Of a stretch of DNA of 64,000 bases, positions 48,901 to 60,599 are shown piece after piece. This DNA comes from Macrostomum hystrix (lineage: Eukaryota; Animalia; Platyhelminthes). Made by a program: the position numbers and the translations under genes. Position 1 is the first letter of the stretch, and the number at the start of each line of letters is the position of its first letter. The stretch lies in assembly GCA_950097015.1 (NCBI GenBank), contig CATNEN010000038.1:34038001-34102000 (forward strand), written 5' to 3'. The notes beneath the pieces are model-generated. The model was not told the origin of the DNA, did not search any database, and saw nothing but the letters and a program-made list of their open reading frames with translations.

Positions 48901-50050
48901 GGGCGCGTACAATCAGATTCTCGCTGCTCTCAAGCACCAGGCGTTGAGCAAATCTGGCGTGACCGAAGCCGCGATAGCTGTTGTTGTCTCGATTAGTGAT
49001 GTGACGATTCTTGTTAGTGAGGTCGCCAATTTTCGACCTGTCCAATGTTTATGGGTCAATTGATGTTGCTGCTAATGTTGTTAGGTCAGTTAGGTCAGCT
49101 TAGAACAACATTTGAACTAATGAAGGAATCGAAAGACATGATCCTGAAGGACTAGGGATCGAACCCTGAAGAAAATAGAGTCGAGAAATAATCTAACAAT
49201 GGACCCTGAAATAATCTACCAGACTGGACCCTGAAATAATCTACCAGACTGGACCCTGAAATAATCTACCAGACTGGACCCTGAAATAACCTACAGACTG
49301 GACCCTGAAATAACCTACAGACTGGACCCTGAAATAATCTACAGACTGTACCCTGAAATAATCTACAGACCGGACCCTGAAATAATCTACAGACTGGACC
49401 CTGAAATAAACTACAGACTGTACCCTGGAATAATCTACAGACTGGACCCTGAAATAATCTACAGACTGGACCCTGAAATAATCTACAGACCGGACCCTGG
49501 AGGTATCGATAGACTGGATCCTGAAGGAATCAATAAAGTGGATCTCAAAGGAATTAACAGATAAGAGCATAAAGAGCAGACGTGAAACCCGAAAAAGACA
49601 GTTTAGGTTACTAATCTAACGAGAAAAATTTAAATTAGCGACCTTCAAAAATGACTAACAATGGCCTTGCAATGCCACTCACCCATTATCCAGCTGAATT
49701 TCAAAGCCGAACCGCACGGACACTTCTTTAACATCGCCATACTCGGCAACCATCAGAAATAGTCCAAAGAATGACATGGCGGCCTCTTCTCTCTTCTCTT
49801 TTAGATACATTTTAAAAGCGAAATCTGGTACATTGCTGGCAAAGAATGGCTCAGATTCGAAGCAGCGATCTTTGTAATTGTGAAAATTCCATTGTGCGAT
49901 GCGCCACTCAAGGCTCATTGTGTGCACGGTGATGTCCGAGTGGATGACTTGGACAGGTGATTCGCCGCCGCTGAAACTTCTGCCAGAGGCGCCACCGCCA
50001 CCGCCTCTGCCAGCCATAGAGTGACTGCCGCCAGATCGCAGCTGGCTCAT
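45939..50050 (-). CDS. SPOP-like MATH-BTB-BACK Cullin-3 adaptor (~422 aa)
   Basis: Exons 50050-49683, 49037-48440 and 46241-45939 are phase-consistent. MATH domain (EWRIAQW, ESEPF, FGLFL, GFGHARF), BTB domain (FSDL..HVHKCVLCVRSEVFAAM..KES..YLYGG..AHLYQVKSLIDLC), BACK-like helices and a basic C-terminal NLS. Confidence 0.9.
46276..48330. repeat. Minisatellite, 29-bp unit filling ~2 kb of an intron
   Basis: About 70 copies of GCTATGGGATTGATTGACAGGCATTGGTA. Confidence 0.98.
49200..49530. repeat. Minisatellite, 24-bp unit
   Basis: Tandem GACCCTGAAATAATCTACAGACTG. Confidence 0.95.
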
Positions 50051-50723
50051 CTGTGCCGATGGGTAGTCCTGAAAATATGGTAAATTGTTGAACACATACT
50101 AAACTAGCTTGTCTGGGTACTAATTAGACAATGAAGCATTATGGATAGTTGCTATGGCCTGCCTGAAAGGCTCATTGTCTCTGTGTTAACACAGTTAAAA
50201 ATGAACTCTACAGTTATTAAATAGACAACAATATAAATATAAATTCCACGATAGTTGGTCTTAAAACAATGCACTCGTGTATTGTGATTGGTTGGGTATG
50301 CATAAGCTCACTTTCTTAAACCTACCAGTAGCCCCTTCCCCCATTTTTTTCTAATCAAGTTGTCTAGAGCCACAAGTTTACAAATATATTTTAAAAAGTC
50401 TCCTTACTTTTTTTTCTTGCCACCTATCCAAAATTTAAATTCTGTGTACATGTCATATGTACACTGTTAGGCAGCAATAATATACATTAATATATGGATC
50501 AGGAAGCTAATAGCTTAAGACTGCCAATAGCATAGTTACTCTCCTATTTAACAGCATTGGGTCATTGTCACCAAGTTAACCTCAAGTGAATATGGTACAC
50601 ATCAAAATGGCCACAAATCAAAGGCAGTGGCTAGAGATTCTGCACTGAACCCCAATGTTAAATGGTTAGAGATCCAGCAGTTTCTATTAAACACATGCAA
50701 TGTTTTGCAGCCTTAGTTGATAA

Positions 50724-50795
50724 GCCTGGTTAGCTCACTTGGTAGGGCATGGGACTCTTAATCCCAGGGTTGCCAGTTTAAGCCCCACTTTTTAC
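50724..50795 (+). pseudogene. tRNA-Lys(CTT) pseudogene
   Basis: GCCTGGTTAGCTCACTTGGTAGGGCATGGGACTCTTAATCCCAGGGTTGCCAGTTTAAGCCCCAC resembles metazoan tRNA-Lys-CTT; anticodon arm intact, T-loop/B-box and 3' acceptor stem decayed. Confidence 0.75.
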
Positions 50796-51269
50796 AGCAA
50801 CATTTTTGCTAAATTCTGCCAAGATAAGTTTTACTTCATTAAGTCAGGATCACTTTATTTTAAAACAGAGTCAAACCAATGTGACTGTTAGTTCCTACAG
50901 TTTTTAAGTTTTAATGTTGCAAAGAAGTTTTATTTAGCTGATACGTATAGAAAATTGTGTTTGCCAACCAAAGAACTTACCTTCTGTTTGTTTTCTGATT
51001 CATTGATGCCAACATCATGTTTAAAAACACTTTCAAAAGCCTTATTATTATGTACAGTAATACTGAAACTGCTTACAGTTTTTCTTAAAGAACCAGAAGC
51101 TTGTATTTTAATTAATGTATAGGTGCAGTTAACATATTCTGCCAGTTCTCTAGCCATTTTGGGGTTTGGCACTGCCAGATCTCTAGCTGTTTAAATGTTT
51201 AAAATTCGGTTTGGTGCCAGATCTCAAACCAATGCCCAAATTAAAATAGCCAGGCAGCAAACAGCCATA

Positions 51270-51360
51270 ATAACAATAATAATTTCAGGAGGGTTATAGG
51301 CCATGGCACATCATTAGGTGACACTACACCTACAACCAGCAAAGAGGTAATTCTGCACAT
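51270..51360 (-). mobile_element. Degenerate SINE family B 3' fragment
   Basis: (AAT)n-CAGGAGGG...GGTGACACTA...AATTCTGCACAT. Confidence 0.65.
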
Positions 51361-52502
51361 ACATTCATAAAGTATATAGGCATATGATCAGAGTATATGC
51401 TCACTGTATATTGCCATTGAAAGCATATATTGGACTACAAGCCAATAAGGGCAAATACATAAAGGTAATACACAAATGTATAAAGACAAGAGCCAATTAG
51501 GCCTAATTAATAATTAATGATTAATTAATTACAATGCTATGCACAAATTGAACAAATACTTTCACTCATTATATTCTGGGGTTTTATATCAAAGGTGATC
51601 TATAGATCAGTGGCTCACCCATTAAAGTAACATTTTTTCCTTTAAGACTAGAAAAAAATTGCCCAAAATGGGTAGTATATTTTTGTGCTGCTAAAGAATT
51701 TAATTAGGCCTGACTTACAAGCCTGCAGGAAAATGGAAGGCTTAAAATTTTAATAAACATGACAATTTTTTGACACATTTGAATTTTTACAAATAATGCT
51801 TACAAAATTTGGCCTATTAAAATTGCCTAGTTGCATGTCAGGTTCAAAAGAAACTGAAATGTGAATAAACAACAATTTTAAAATATATCATATAATAATT
51901 TTGAGGCAGACCCATGAAATATTCTAGTAAAACCAAAAGTTGAATTTACGCCAAATTATCCAACATTATTTTGCAAACAATTTCAGTTGTTTAAATGCGC
52001 TTACCAACCCCTGCCCAAAATACTATATATATCATGAGATTTTTGCCTAAAAAGACTTGACATTTTTGTCCCGAAATACAGAAGAGGAGACTAGGGAAAT
52101 AGATCTTAAGAAGAGAAGAACTGAGTAAATAAATTGGAGTTGTTCTTGTGTTAATTATTGCTATAGAATAATATAAGGAAAAACATTCTGAATAGGGAAG
52201 GTTAGGTATAATACTAATATTCGTGTTGAATTAGACAAATTTAATCCACTGGATGCTCAATAGGATTGGTTAAAATCAGTGCATTTAGGGAATTATTATA
52301 AAGTGTCTTGCTGCTCGGACACAAAATCGCTATCATAGGTAGATAATAATATCGTTCTGAGCTAGATAGTTATAGAATAACCATATTATAAAATGAATGC
52401 AGAGATAATAAATAGTGAGAATAGCTAAATTTATAATATTGCAGTTTTTTCAGATAGGAAATAAAAGTAAGAGAGAGGGCCTACGACAATTTCTAGATGG
52501 TA

Positions 52503-53167
52503 GGGTAATGTATCATCAACCAAACAAGAATATGGATTTTTTTAACTTCGAACCTAAGCTACAGATTTTCTATTTAAGATATGATTATAAATCAAAAGCC
52601 AAGTTATAGAAAACATTTATAACTTTCTAAAAAGTATATGCTTTTGCTATTTTGTCAAATAGGAAAAAAGTTATTCATGTTTCTCATCTATAACCGAACA
52701 ATGATTTTCATATATCTTCAAACTGAACGGAGAATTTGATGTTCGGTTTTACAATTTGAGTGAGTGGTTTAATCTTATTTTAAGGAGTGAACTATCATGA
52801 ATTATGTCATTTGATAGCATTTTTCATGCTCTATAAATAACTACATTTATGGTCATTTAATTGGAAAGCAATAGCATACAATCTTAGTCTAAAGTACATG
52901 CTGATAAAATGTTGTTAAAAAGTAGGGGGGCCTATGCTTTTGTGATAAAATTTTCTACTGAAATGTCAATATCTTTCCTTCCTTTTAATGCTTCATTTTT
53001 ATTGCATGTCATGCCTCAGCTTATAGATAATTTCTTTGAATTTTAAATTAGTTGTTCTGTGAAACACAATAGGCCTAGCTTGTTTCTGTCTTACATGAGA
53101 CCAAGGAAGGAGTCAAAATTCTTGTTCGGTTTTGAAGATACACTGTTCGGTTGATGATACATTACCC
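52503..53167 (+). mobile_element. MITE, 665 bp, TA target duplication
   Basis: TIR GGGTAATGTATCATCAACC(A/G)AACA, TA on both sides; a second copy lies inverted at 57406-58054. Confidence 0.9.
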
Positions 53168-55960
53168 TAATATAAGCTTAGTGAAGATGGGCCTAGCACT
53201 TTATGCTTTAGGCCTACCTTTACCAAATTACTTGGTCTATTGGCCTATCCTATTGTTCGCAATTTTCCATATTGCAAAATTTTCAATAGGGCTTAAAGAT
53301 TATTAAGTCATTAGTCCTAATTGTAAGAATACAAAAAATACTTATCAATACAATCATTATTCATTACGTCATGTAAGAACAAAAAATGTTTTTTTGTCTT
53401 ATGTCCATTTCTCACTTTGGTTTTGGACGTTAGACGAGTCAGGCCCCTAGAGTGTACTGCTGTGTACACTTAGGCATATAGGTAGGGGACTAGTGGATCA
53501 CTTTAAGTAAATATATTTCATCTATAAAAAACTGATCATGGACTACTTTAAGGTCCGAGTGTAGAAGAGCAGTAGCCAGTAATTACTAAGCTACTACCTG
53601 CCGTCTCGACGCTTGATGCTGCCTAAACTGTCAGGTGACTAATCGCAATTCACAATTGAGAAATTAAAATTTGTTATTAGTGATTCGCTATAAGCATGCA
53701 ATTTGAAAACAACATTTGCAGGAATGTCACGGCCAGGCACGTTCCAGTGTTTGCTTGCCATAAACTAAAAATATTATTTTTATATAAATGCACATATGTT
53801 TTCGAAATTAGCCTAAAATTCTCTTCACAATGAGAACTCAGGAGCGCGCTTTCCTGCCGGTTAGCCCGACGATTTTGCGAGATTTTGGCTAGGCTAGCCG
53901 GTTGCCGTGGTGGAGTCAAGGACCACTAGAAGAAGAAGGACGGGACACTTCGTTTCTTAGAAAATTTATTAAAGGCTGATTTTTACGGAAAAATACACTA
54001 GCGAGATAGGAACTTTTCACTTTTTTCACCTTAAAACGTTGATAATTTTTTATTGGAAGCAGATACAAAGCTCTTCTTTTGATATAACTTACAAAATATG
54101 TTGCTTCGACGAATTTTATAAAGATTTTTTCATGAATAATTGATCTTCATATTATTTTAGTTACTATATCATGCAGCAATCATAGTATGAAGCTAACCAG
54201 TGACTAACTTGAATTTTACAATCTCTGTTTAATCGAATGCATCTATTTATTAGCAATATATGATTAAAAACTAGCTGGTTATATTGTATGCCCAACTCAC
54301 TGCTTCTTTATTTTATTTTTTACTTTCTATATAAAATAAATTTAAATATATAGCTACCTATATTACATATAGGCCTACTAGCTATGCCTAGACCTAGTTA
54401 TATGTTTATCAATAATCAAGACAGTATCTATCTTGTTAAAAATTGACAGTTTTTATACTTAATGAAATGTGTGAACCTAAGCAAATGATTTATTTTAAAC
54501 CAAGCTTGTTCTTTCTTTTTTTTAGACTTTAGCTTATTTTAGCTATATTGACATTATCTTTACATTTGCTAGTTTTTTCAGTATTTATTAAACAATGATA
54601 GTTATTTGCTCTGATTTTATCAAGACATTCTTATTTTTTTCTATTTTTTATGTAAACAATTGCATTGTTAACTGAAGGGTTTTTTTATTTGTAGTGAAAT
54701 TGTTTATTTCCTATTCGTATTATTTTTTTCTTTGGGTTCGGGGTTTGCACATGGCTAGCTATTATGTCATGAACTCATCCAATATTATATTTTAGCCATC
54801 TATTTGCCTATCTACTATAATTTTACATTTCTTCTTTTTTAACAAGTATAGTATTTTTATTGCTAATATTAGCTTGACTTGGCTGTTTTGATGAATTTGA
54901 TTTTCTTTAAATTAATCACTTATTTCCAATTGAAATTAACAGTCCAGAAGTTGTAAGTAGGCCTATTGTATTTTTTGTCTATTGGGGCAAAATTATTGCC
55001 TAAAAATATAAGTAATAGCACTTCCACAGTCTATGCTTGTAAGCTTTAAATTTTCAACATTGAAACATTTAATTAAAAAATAAAAAACTAAAGTTTTACT
55101 GGTTCCTTATCACATTTTAGCTATAATAAAGTTTTGCTTGCACTGACAATAGTACTCAGAGCTTTTGCTATTATTTTTATGCCTATTAAGATCTTCAAGG
55201 TTGATATGGCCCAGGTAAGATATCTGGCTCTTATTTAGTGGTAGACTAATTCTGCTATGTATTAGTGTGTAATGTAAGAATATTTTTGGTTATATTATTT
55301 ATTGTATTTATTATAGTAAGAAATTGTAAAATTTTCTTGCTATTGTGGCTCTAGTATGTTTTTTACTTTTTTTGCCATTGCAGGGAAAGTCCATGCCTTT
55401 CTGCTTTGTGCCAACACCACTGCCCCAGTTTTACCTACCTGTGGTGGAGCCCCAGCCAGTCAGAACAACCTGGTGGAGCTTCTGGGCTACCTATATGAGA
55501 GCCTAGCCTGGAGCCTAAGGACCTTGTTCATGTTTACTGCATTTTCAACCAAGTGCTGTAGTCACCAGCTAGACAACCCCATCCAGTCAGTCTAATCACC
55601 ATGTGATTGATGCCCCTTGCAAGGTAGTAAGCTTCTGACTGTCCTCATGGACATACAAAGACACTATGTAGACAAAGATATTACTTCAAGTCTATATAAT
55701 TTAAGATTATATAGATATTATTTTTGTCTCAATTGTGAAAATTGCCTTGAATTTGAAGAATCATTTGTTATAAAGAACAATTTAAATCCATTTATACTAC
55801 TTCAGTTGATTTCGAGATTTCTTTTACATTTTTCTGATTATTGTGTATTGAAATGAGTTTCTTTTCTCAATAGTGCACGTGCCATGAGATGTCAAATGAA
55901 GAACAATAAATGGAAGTAGTTGCAGCTTTTTATATCTTTGTATATGAGCTTATAGTATAC

Positions 55961-56047
55961 ACAACAACAACAACAACAACAAAATACACAAGCCCCAAAC
56001 GTCAGGGGGCGGCGTCAAATGATGCGCCGCAGAGCCAGCGCGCGAAC
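55961..56047 (-). mobile_element. 5'-truncated LINE 3' end with (TTG)n tail
   Basis: Minus strand ends ...VRALALRRII* then GTGTATTTT(GTT)n; ATAGTAT direct repeat on both flanks. Confidence 0.6.
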
Positions 56048-56149
56048 ATAGTATGAACGTTTTACTTATGACTTCAATGTGTTCAATTAGTGCTGACCTT
56101 TCGTTTTTCATCGTCTTTTATTGTCAAGATGCCTATGAAGTGTTGTGTG

Positions 56150-56830
56150 CCACAATAATAACAACAACAACAAAATACACTGTCAGGTAAAAAAAGCAGT
56201 GTCACAGTGCATGCTTCAGAGCCTGGGTGCGAACAAACACTGCACTGCCGGCAGTGTCTGGGGCACTAGCAAAGGCCAGCAGGCAGTCAACGAAACCTGT
56301 TCTGCTCAGGTTGCAGGTAGGGATCCAACATGGGTTGCAACCGCAGTAGCAGCATTTGGTTGAACAACTTTGCAGCACAGGATTGCAGGCAGATGCCTCG
56401 ATACTTGTATAGCCGTGTAGTGCTTGGCTTCTTGATATGGCAATGATGTTCGTCATGGTCCACTTGGTTCATCACACAGGCAACCTCACTGGCCACACAG
56501 TGAATATGCAGCACCTTGATGGACACTTTGTCCAGACACAATGCTTTGCTGCCCGGCTTCTTCTAGGCAAGCATCACGACTTCAGCCATGGCAAATGGTG
56601 CAATGTTAAAACTGTCCTTTGACCGCAACTGCGTCTCTGGTGGCAGTGTCAGGATGTTTGGCATTGGTGGCAGCGCATTGACTATGGCGGAAAAGAACTC
56701 ACGTATCTTGTTACTGTGCTCATCCACAGTGTCGCCTGCCAGATTCAGTTGGATGCGCCACTTTTGCCCTGTCAGAGCATTAATGGCAGACCAGGCCACA
56801 TGCCATCTGGAATCACGCACCACAATGATA
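56150..56830 (-). mobile_element. Degenerate non-LTR retrotransposon (RTE-like) fragment
   Basis: Frameshifted RT N-terminal motifs KKP..YRGICLQSCAAKLFNQMLLLRLQPMLDPYLQPEQNRFR, the same (TTG)n tail, and CCACAAT(A/G)ATA flanking repeats. Confidence 0.85.
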
Positions 56831-57405
56831 AAGTAATAGTGACAGAAAGGATAAAATGACCACAGTTTTTTTCCTTTTCTAAACAGAAAACGAAGCTTTA
56901 CCAATTTCAATAAAGGTAAATAAATCCTTGTTAATAAAAGAATTGCATGAATTCAGGGGTGTTATTAAGATTTTTTTATCGGGTGGCGCCAATAGGGATT
57001 TAGGGGTGCACACAAATGGAAATTGGAGGGCTCTGTGTTGGGATTTAAAAGAAAGCCAAATTTAAAAGAAAAAACCCTTCAGGCCCCCTAGCCAATTATG
57101 CCATTGTTTTCATTAAATAATAGAAAAAAATAAGAACGTCTTGATAAAATCAGAGCAAATAACTATCATGGTTTAATAAATACTGGAAAAACTAGCAAAT
57201 GTAAAGATAATGTCAATATAGCTAAAATAAGCTAAAGTCTAAAAAAAAAGAAAGAACAAGCTTGGTTTGAAATTAAATCATTTGCTTAGATTCACACATT
57301 TCATTAAGTATAAAAACTGTCAATTTTTAACAAGATAGATACTGTCTTGATTATTGATAAACATATAACTAGGTCTAGGCATAGCTAGTAGGCCTATATG
57401 TAATA

Positions 57406-58054
57406 GGGTAATGTATCATCAACCGAACAGTGTATCTTCAAAACCGAACAAGAATTTTGACTTCTTCCTTGGTCTCGTGCAAGACAGAAACAAGCTATTG
57501 TGTTTCACAGAACGACTAATTTGAAAGTTGAAGAAATTATCTACAAGCTGAGGCATGATGTGCAATGAAGCATTAAGAGGAAAGAAAGATATTGATGTTT
57601 CAATTGAAATTTTTATTGCAAAAGCATACTTTTTAACAACATTTTTTCAGTATGTACTTTAGACAAGGATTGTATGTGGTTGCTTGCCAATTAAATGACC
57701 ATAAATGTAGTTATTTATAGAGCATAAAAATGCTTTCAAATTACATAATTCATGATAGTTCACTCCTTAAAATAAGATTAAACCACTCACTCAAATTGTA
57801 AAACCAAACATCAAATTCTCTGTTTGGTTTGAAAATACATGAAAATCATTGTTCGGTTTTAGATAAAAAGCAGGAATAACTTTTTTCTATTTGATAAAAT
57901 AGCAAAAGCAGATACTTTTTAGAAAGATGTAACTGTTTTCTATAACTTGGCTTTTGATTTATCATCATATCTTAAATACAAAATCTGTAGCTTAGGTTTT
58001 AAGTTAAAAAAATACACATTCTTGTTTGGTTGATGATACATTACCAATTTACCC
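57406..58054 (-). mobile_element. MITE copy inserted in the right TIR of the P-like element
   Basis: Inverted homologue of 52503-53167; the left TIR (54351-54370) shows the empty site, confirming TA duplication. Confidence 0.92.
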
Positions 58055-58547
58055 TATAGGTAGCTATATATTTAAATTTATTTTATATAGAAAGTATAAA
58101 AACAAAATAAAGAAGCAGTGAGTTGGGCATACAATATAACCAGCTAGTTTTTAATCATATATTGCTAATAAATAGATGCATTTGATTAAACAGAGATTGT
58201 AAAATTCAAGTTAGTCACTGGTTAGCTTCATACTATGATTGCTGCATGATATAGTAACTAAAATAATATGAAGATCAATTATTCATGAAAAAAATCTTTA
58301 TAAAATTCGTCGAAGCAACATATTTTGTAAGTTATATCAAAAGAAGAGCTTTGTATCTGCTTCCAATAAAAAGTTATCAACGATTTAAGTTGAAAAAAGT
58401 GAAAAGTTCCTATCTCGCTAGTGTATTTTTCCGTAAAAATCAGCCTTTAATAAATTTTCTAAGAAACGAAGTGTCCCGTCCTTCTTCTTCTAGTGGTCCT
58501 TGGGTGGAGTGAAAACCTGTATATAGAAATATTTTTTGCTTATTTTT

Positions 58548-60599
58548 GGGTGTGTATAAAGCCAGGGCTCGGCTGGAGGTCAGTGGCATTAAAACAAAGT
58601 TTAAAGAATAGTCGGGCAGATAAGTCGAAACATGAAGAATAAAAGAAATTCCTGTGCGTGTATTAATTATGATTCTTATTATAAATTTTTTAATAATCTT
58701 TACATCACGAAATTAGTTACATAAAATTTTTTAATCTCATTTTTCCGGCCGTAATTACGTCAAATATTAAGTCACATATTAATATTGATGTAAAGTCAAA
58801 TAGACGCTATTCGAATTTTAAAACGGCGAAAGCTTTCGTATAAAAATTTTATCGTAGGGGCTTATAAACCGCTCATAAACCCGTCATAAGCCGAAGGTTG
58901 GTTTTTTTGAACGACCAGACCAAGTTATAAGTAACAAAGCTGCTTGAAACAATTAGTGGCGAATAAGAGCTACATCAAGATCTAGTAGAAAAGTTGTTTT
59001 CCATTTGTGGCGAACGAGTTTAAAAAAAGTGGGTTTATAGCGAGTCGCTAGTGAAACGTGAGTGTTAGAAGTAACATCGCTGCTTGAAATAATTAGTGGC
59101 GAATAAGAGTTACATCAAGATCTAGTAGAAAAGTTTTTCATTTGTGGCGAACGAGTTTTAAAAAAGTGGGTTTATAGCGAGTCGCTAGTGAAACGTTCGT
59201 GTAATCTTATCTAATCTTTCGCTTCCGCTTGAAATAATACGAGAGTTTTAGCATAACCAATGCTCGATTGTACACGCAATATGTTCTCAATATTGTAATT
59301 CAATATCGAAAATATCATTGCAAAGCGATATTCTCAAAATAATATATTATAAAATACAGAATAAAAAGATTTTTTTAATACAAATGCCATAATCAAGCCC
59401 TTGTTTTGCAATAACATGGTGGTAAATTCTAGCAATTTTCGCAATCTTTAACTTCAACCGTGTACTCTAAAAAGATTTAAACCTAAAGTGCAGCTGAAAG
59501 TAAAGTGTTAAAGCAGTTATAGTGACGTCCTGCTCGATAATTTCCGATGGCCTTTTGTCTAGAACGCTTGAATGTCTTGGACGCGTACATGACATTTTGG
59601 TTCGAATCTGTCGGCAATGCATTTTTGTCCGAGAGTGTTTTTAATCAAAGTTTTACACTGACCAGCTGCAATCGTCTAACAACACCAATATACTATGTTT
59701 TTAGTATAACTTCTAACCATTTCTCTAAATAATTGAACTTTTTATAGTCGTACTTATTAGCGTATGCTGTCTGAATTTATCACGAAAAAGGTAACCGATA
59801 TGTTTAGAAAAACTGAAAATAGAATTTTAGGATCTTTTCCATTTGCGTCAATGGAATTTATTCTGATTGGATAGGTCAGCAAAGTTATAAAAAAAAACAT
59901 TTGCTTTGGTAATAATTTGTTATTTGCAAACCTCAATATGTTAATATGGCTTGTGGCTTGAAGTTGTTATTGTACTAAGATTCTATGATGTGAATCAACC
60001 CACCCTTCTCCTTAAGGTTCTATGTTTCTAATGTTCAAATTTAAATTATTTTTTCAAAAAACTTTCTAAAATACAACCATTTCGTTCGCTATAATTAAAT
60101 TATTTATTTGATAAATTAAGCTTCTGAAAACTATTTTAGCGCTGAGCTGTCCAACTGTACAGATTTTTTCTCAAAGTTTACATAATAACTTTTGATACTA
60201 AATAAAAGCCTGCTTGCTTGTCCATACTTTTGAATTATACAAAAATTAAAAATTTTGTGTGCAAAATTTTATTATGTATATGCATAAAAGTTGTTCTAAA
60301 AAATTAAAGAAAAATTTATACGATAATTTATTTATACCAAAGCTTTCGCCGTTTTAAAATTCGAATAGCCTCTATTTCAATTTGACGTAATTACGGCCGG
60401 TAAAAAGGAAATTAAAAAATTCTATGTAACTAATTTTGTGATGTAAAGATTAATTAAAAAATTTATGAAAACAATCATAATTAATACGCGCATATGAAAT
60501 TATTTTATTCTTCATGTTTCGACTTATCTGCCCGACTATTCTTTAAACTTTGTTTTAACGCCACTGACCTCCAGCCGAGCCCTGGCTTTATACACACCC
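58548..60599. mobile_element. Non-autonomous Mutator-like element (MULE), 2052 bp
   Basis: About 300-bp TIRs starting GGGTGTGTATAAAGCCAGGGCTCGG; perfect 9-bp TSD CTTATTTTT (58539-58547, 60600-60608); internal ~138-bp tandem duplication at 58930-59197. Confidence 0.88.

Larger units (their letters stand above)
53917..58502. mobile_element. Non-autonomous P-superfamily-like DNA transposon with ~750-bp TIRs
   Basis: Termini CAAGGACCACTAGAAGAAGAAGG / CCTTCTTCTTCTAGTGGTCCTTG; perfect 8-bp TSD GGTGGAGT (53909-53916, 58503-58510); TIR homology 53917-~54660 versus ~57100-58502; no transposase ORF. Confidence 0.88.

Noticed and set aside
1-49530. Tandem arrays as CRISPR arrays
   Set aside because: Units are contiguous with no unique spacers, there are no cas genes, and the context is eukaryotic
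24508-49530. Universal rule that arrays are C-rich on the sense strand
   Set aside because: The 24.5-kb and 49.2-kb intronic arrays show the opposite polarity; the bias holds only for the ATCCCA class
52501-53170. hAT assignment from TAGGG termini
   Set aside because: No 8-bp TSD; the empty-site comparison at the second copy shows only a TA duplication
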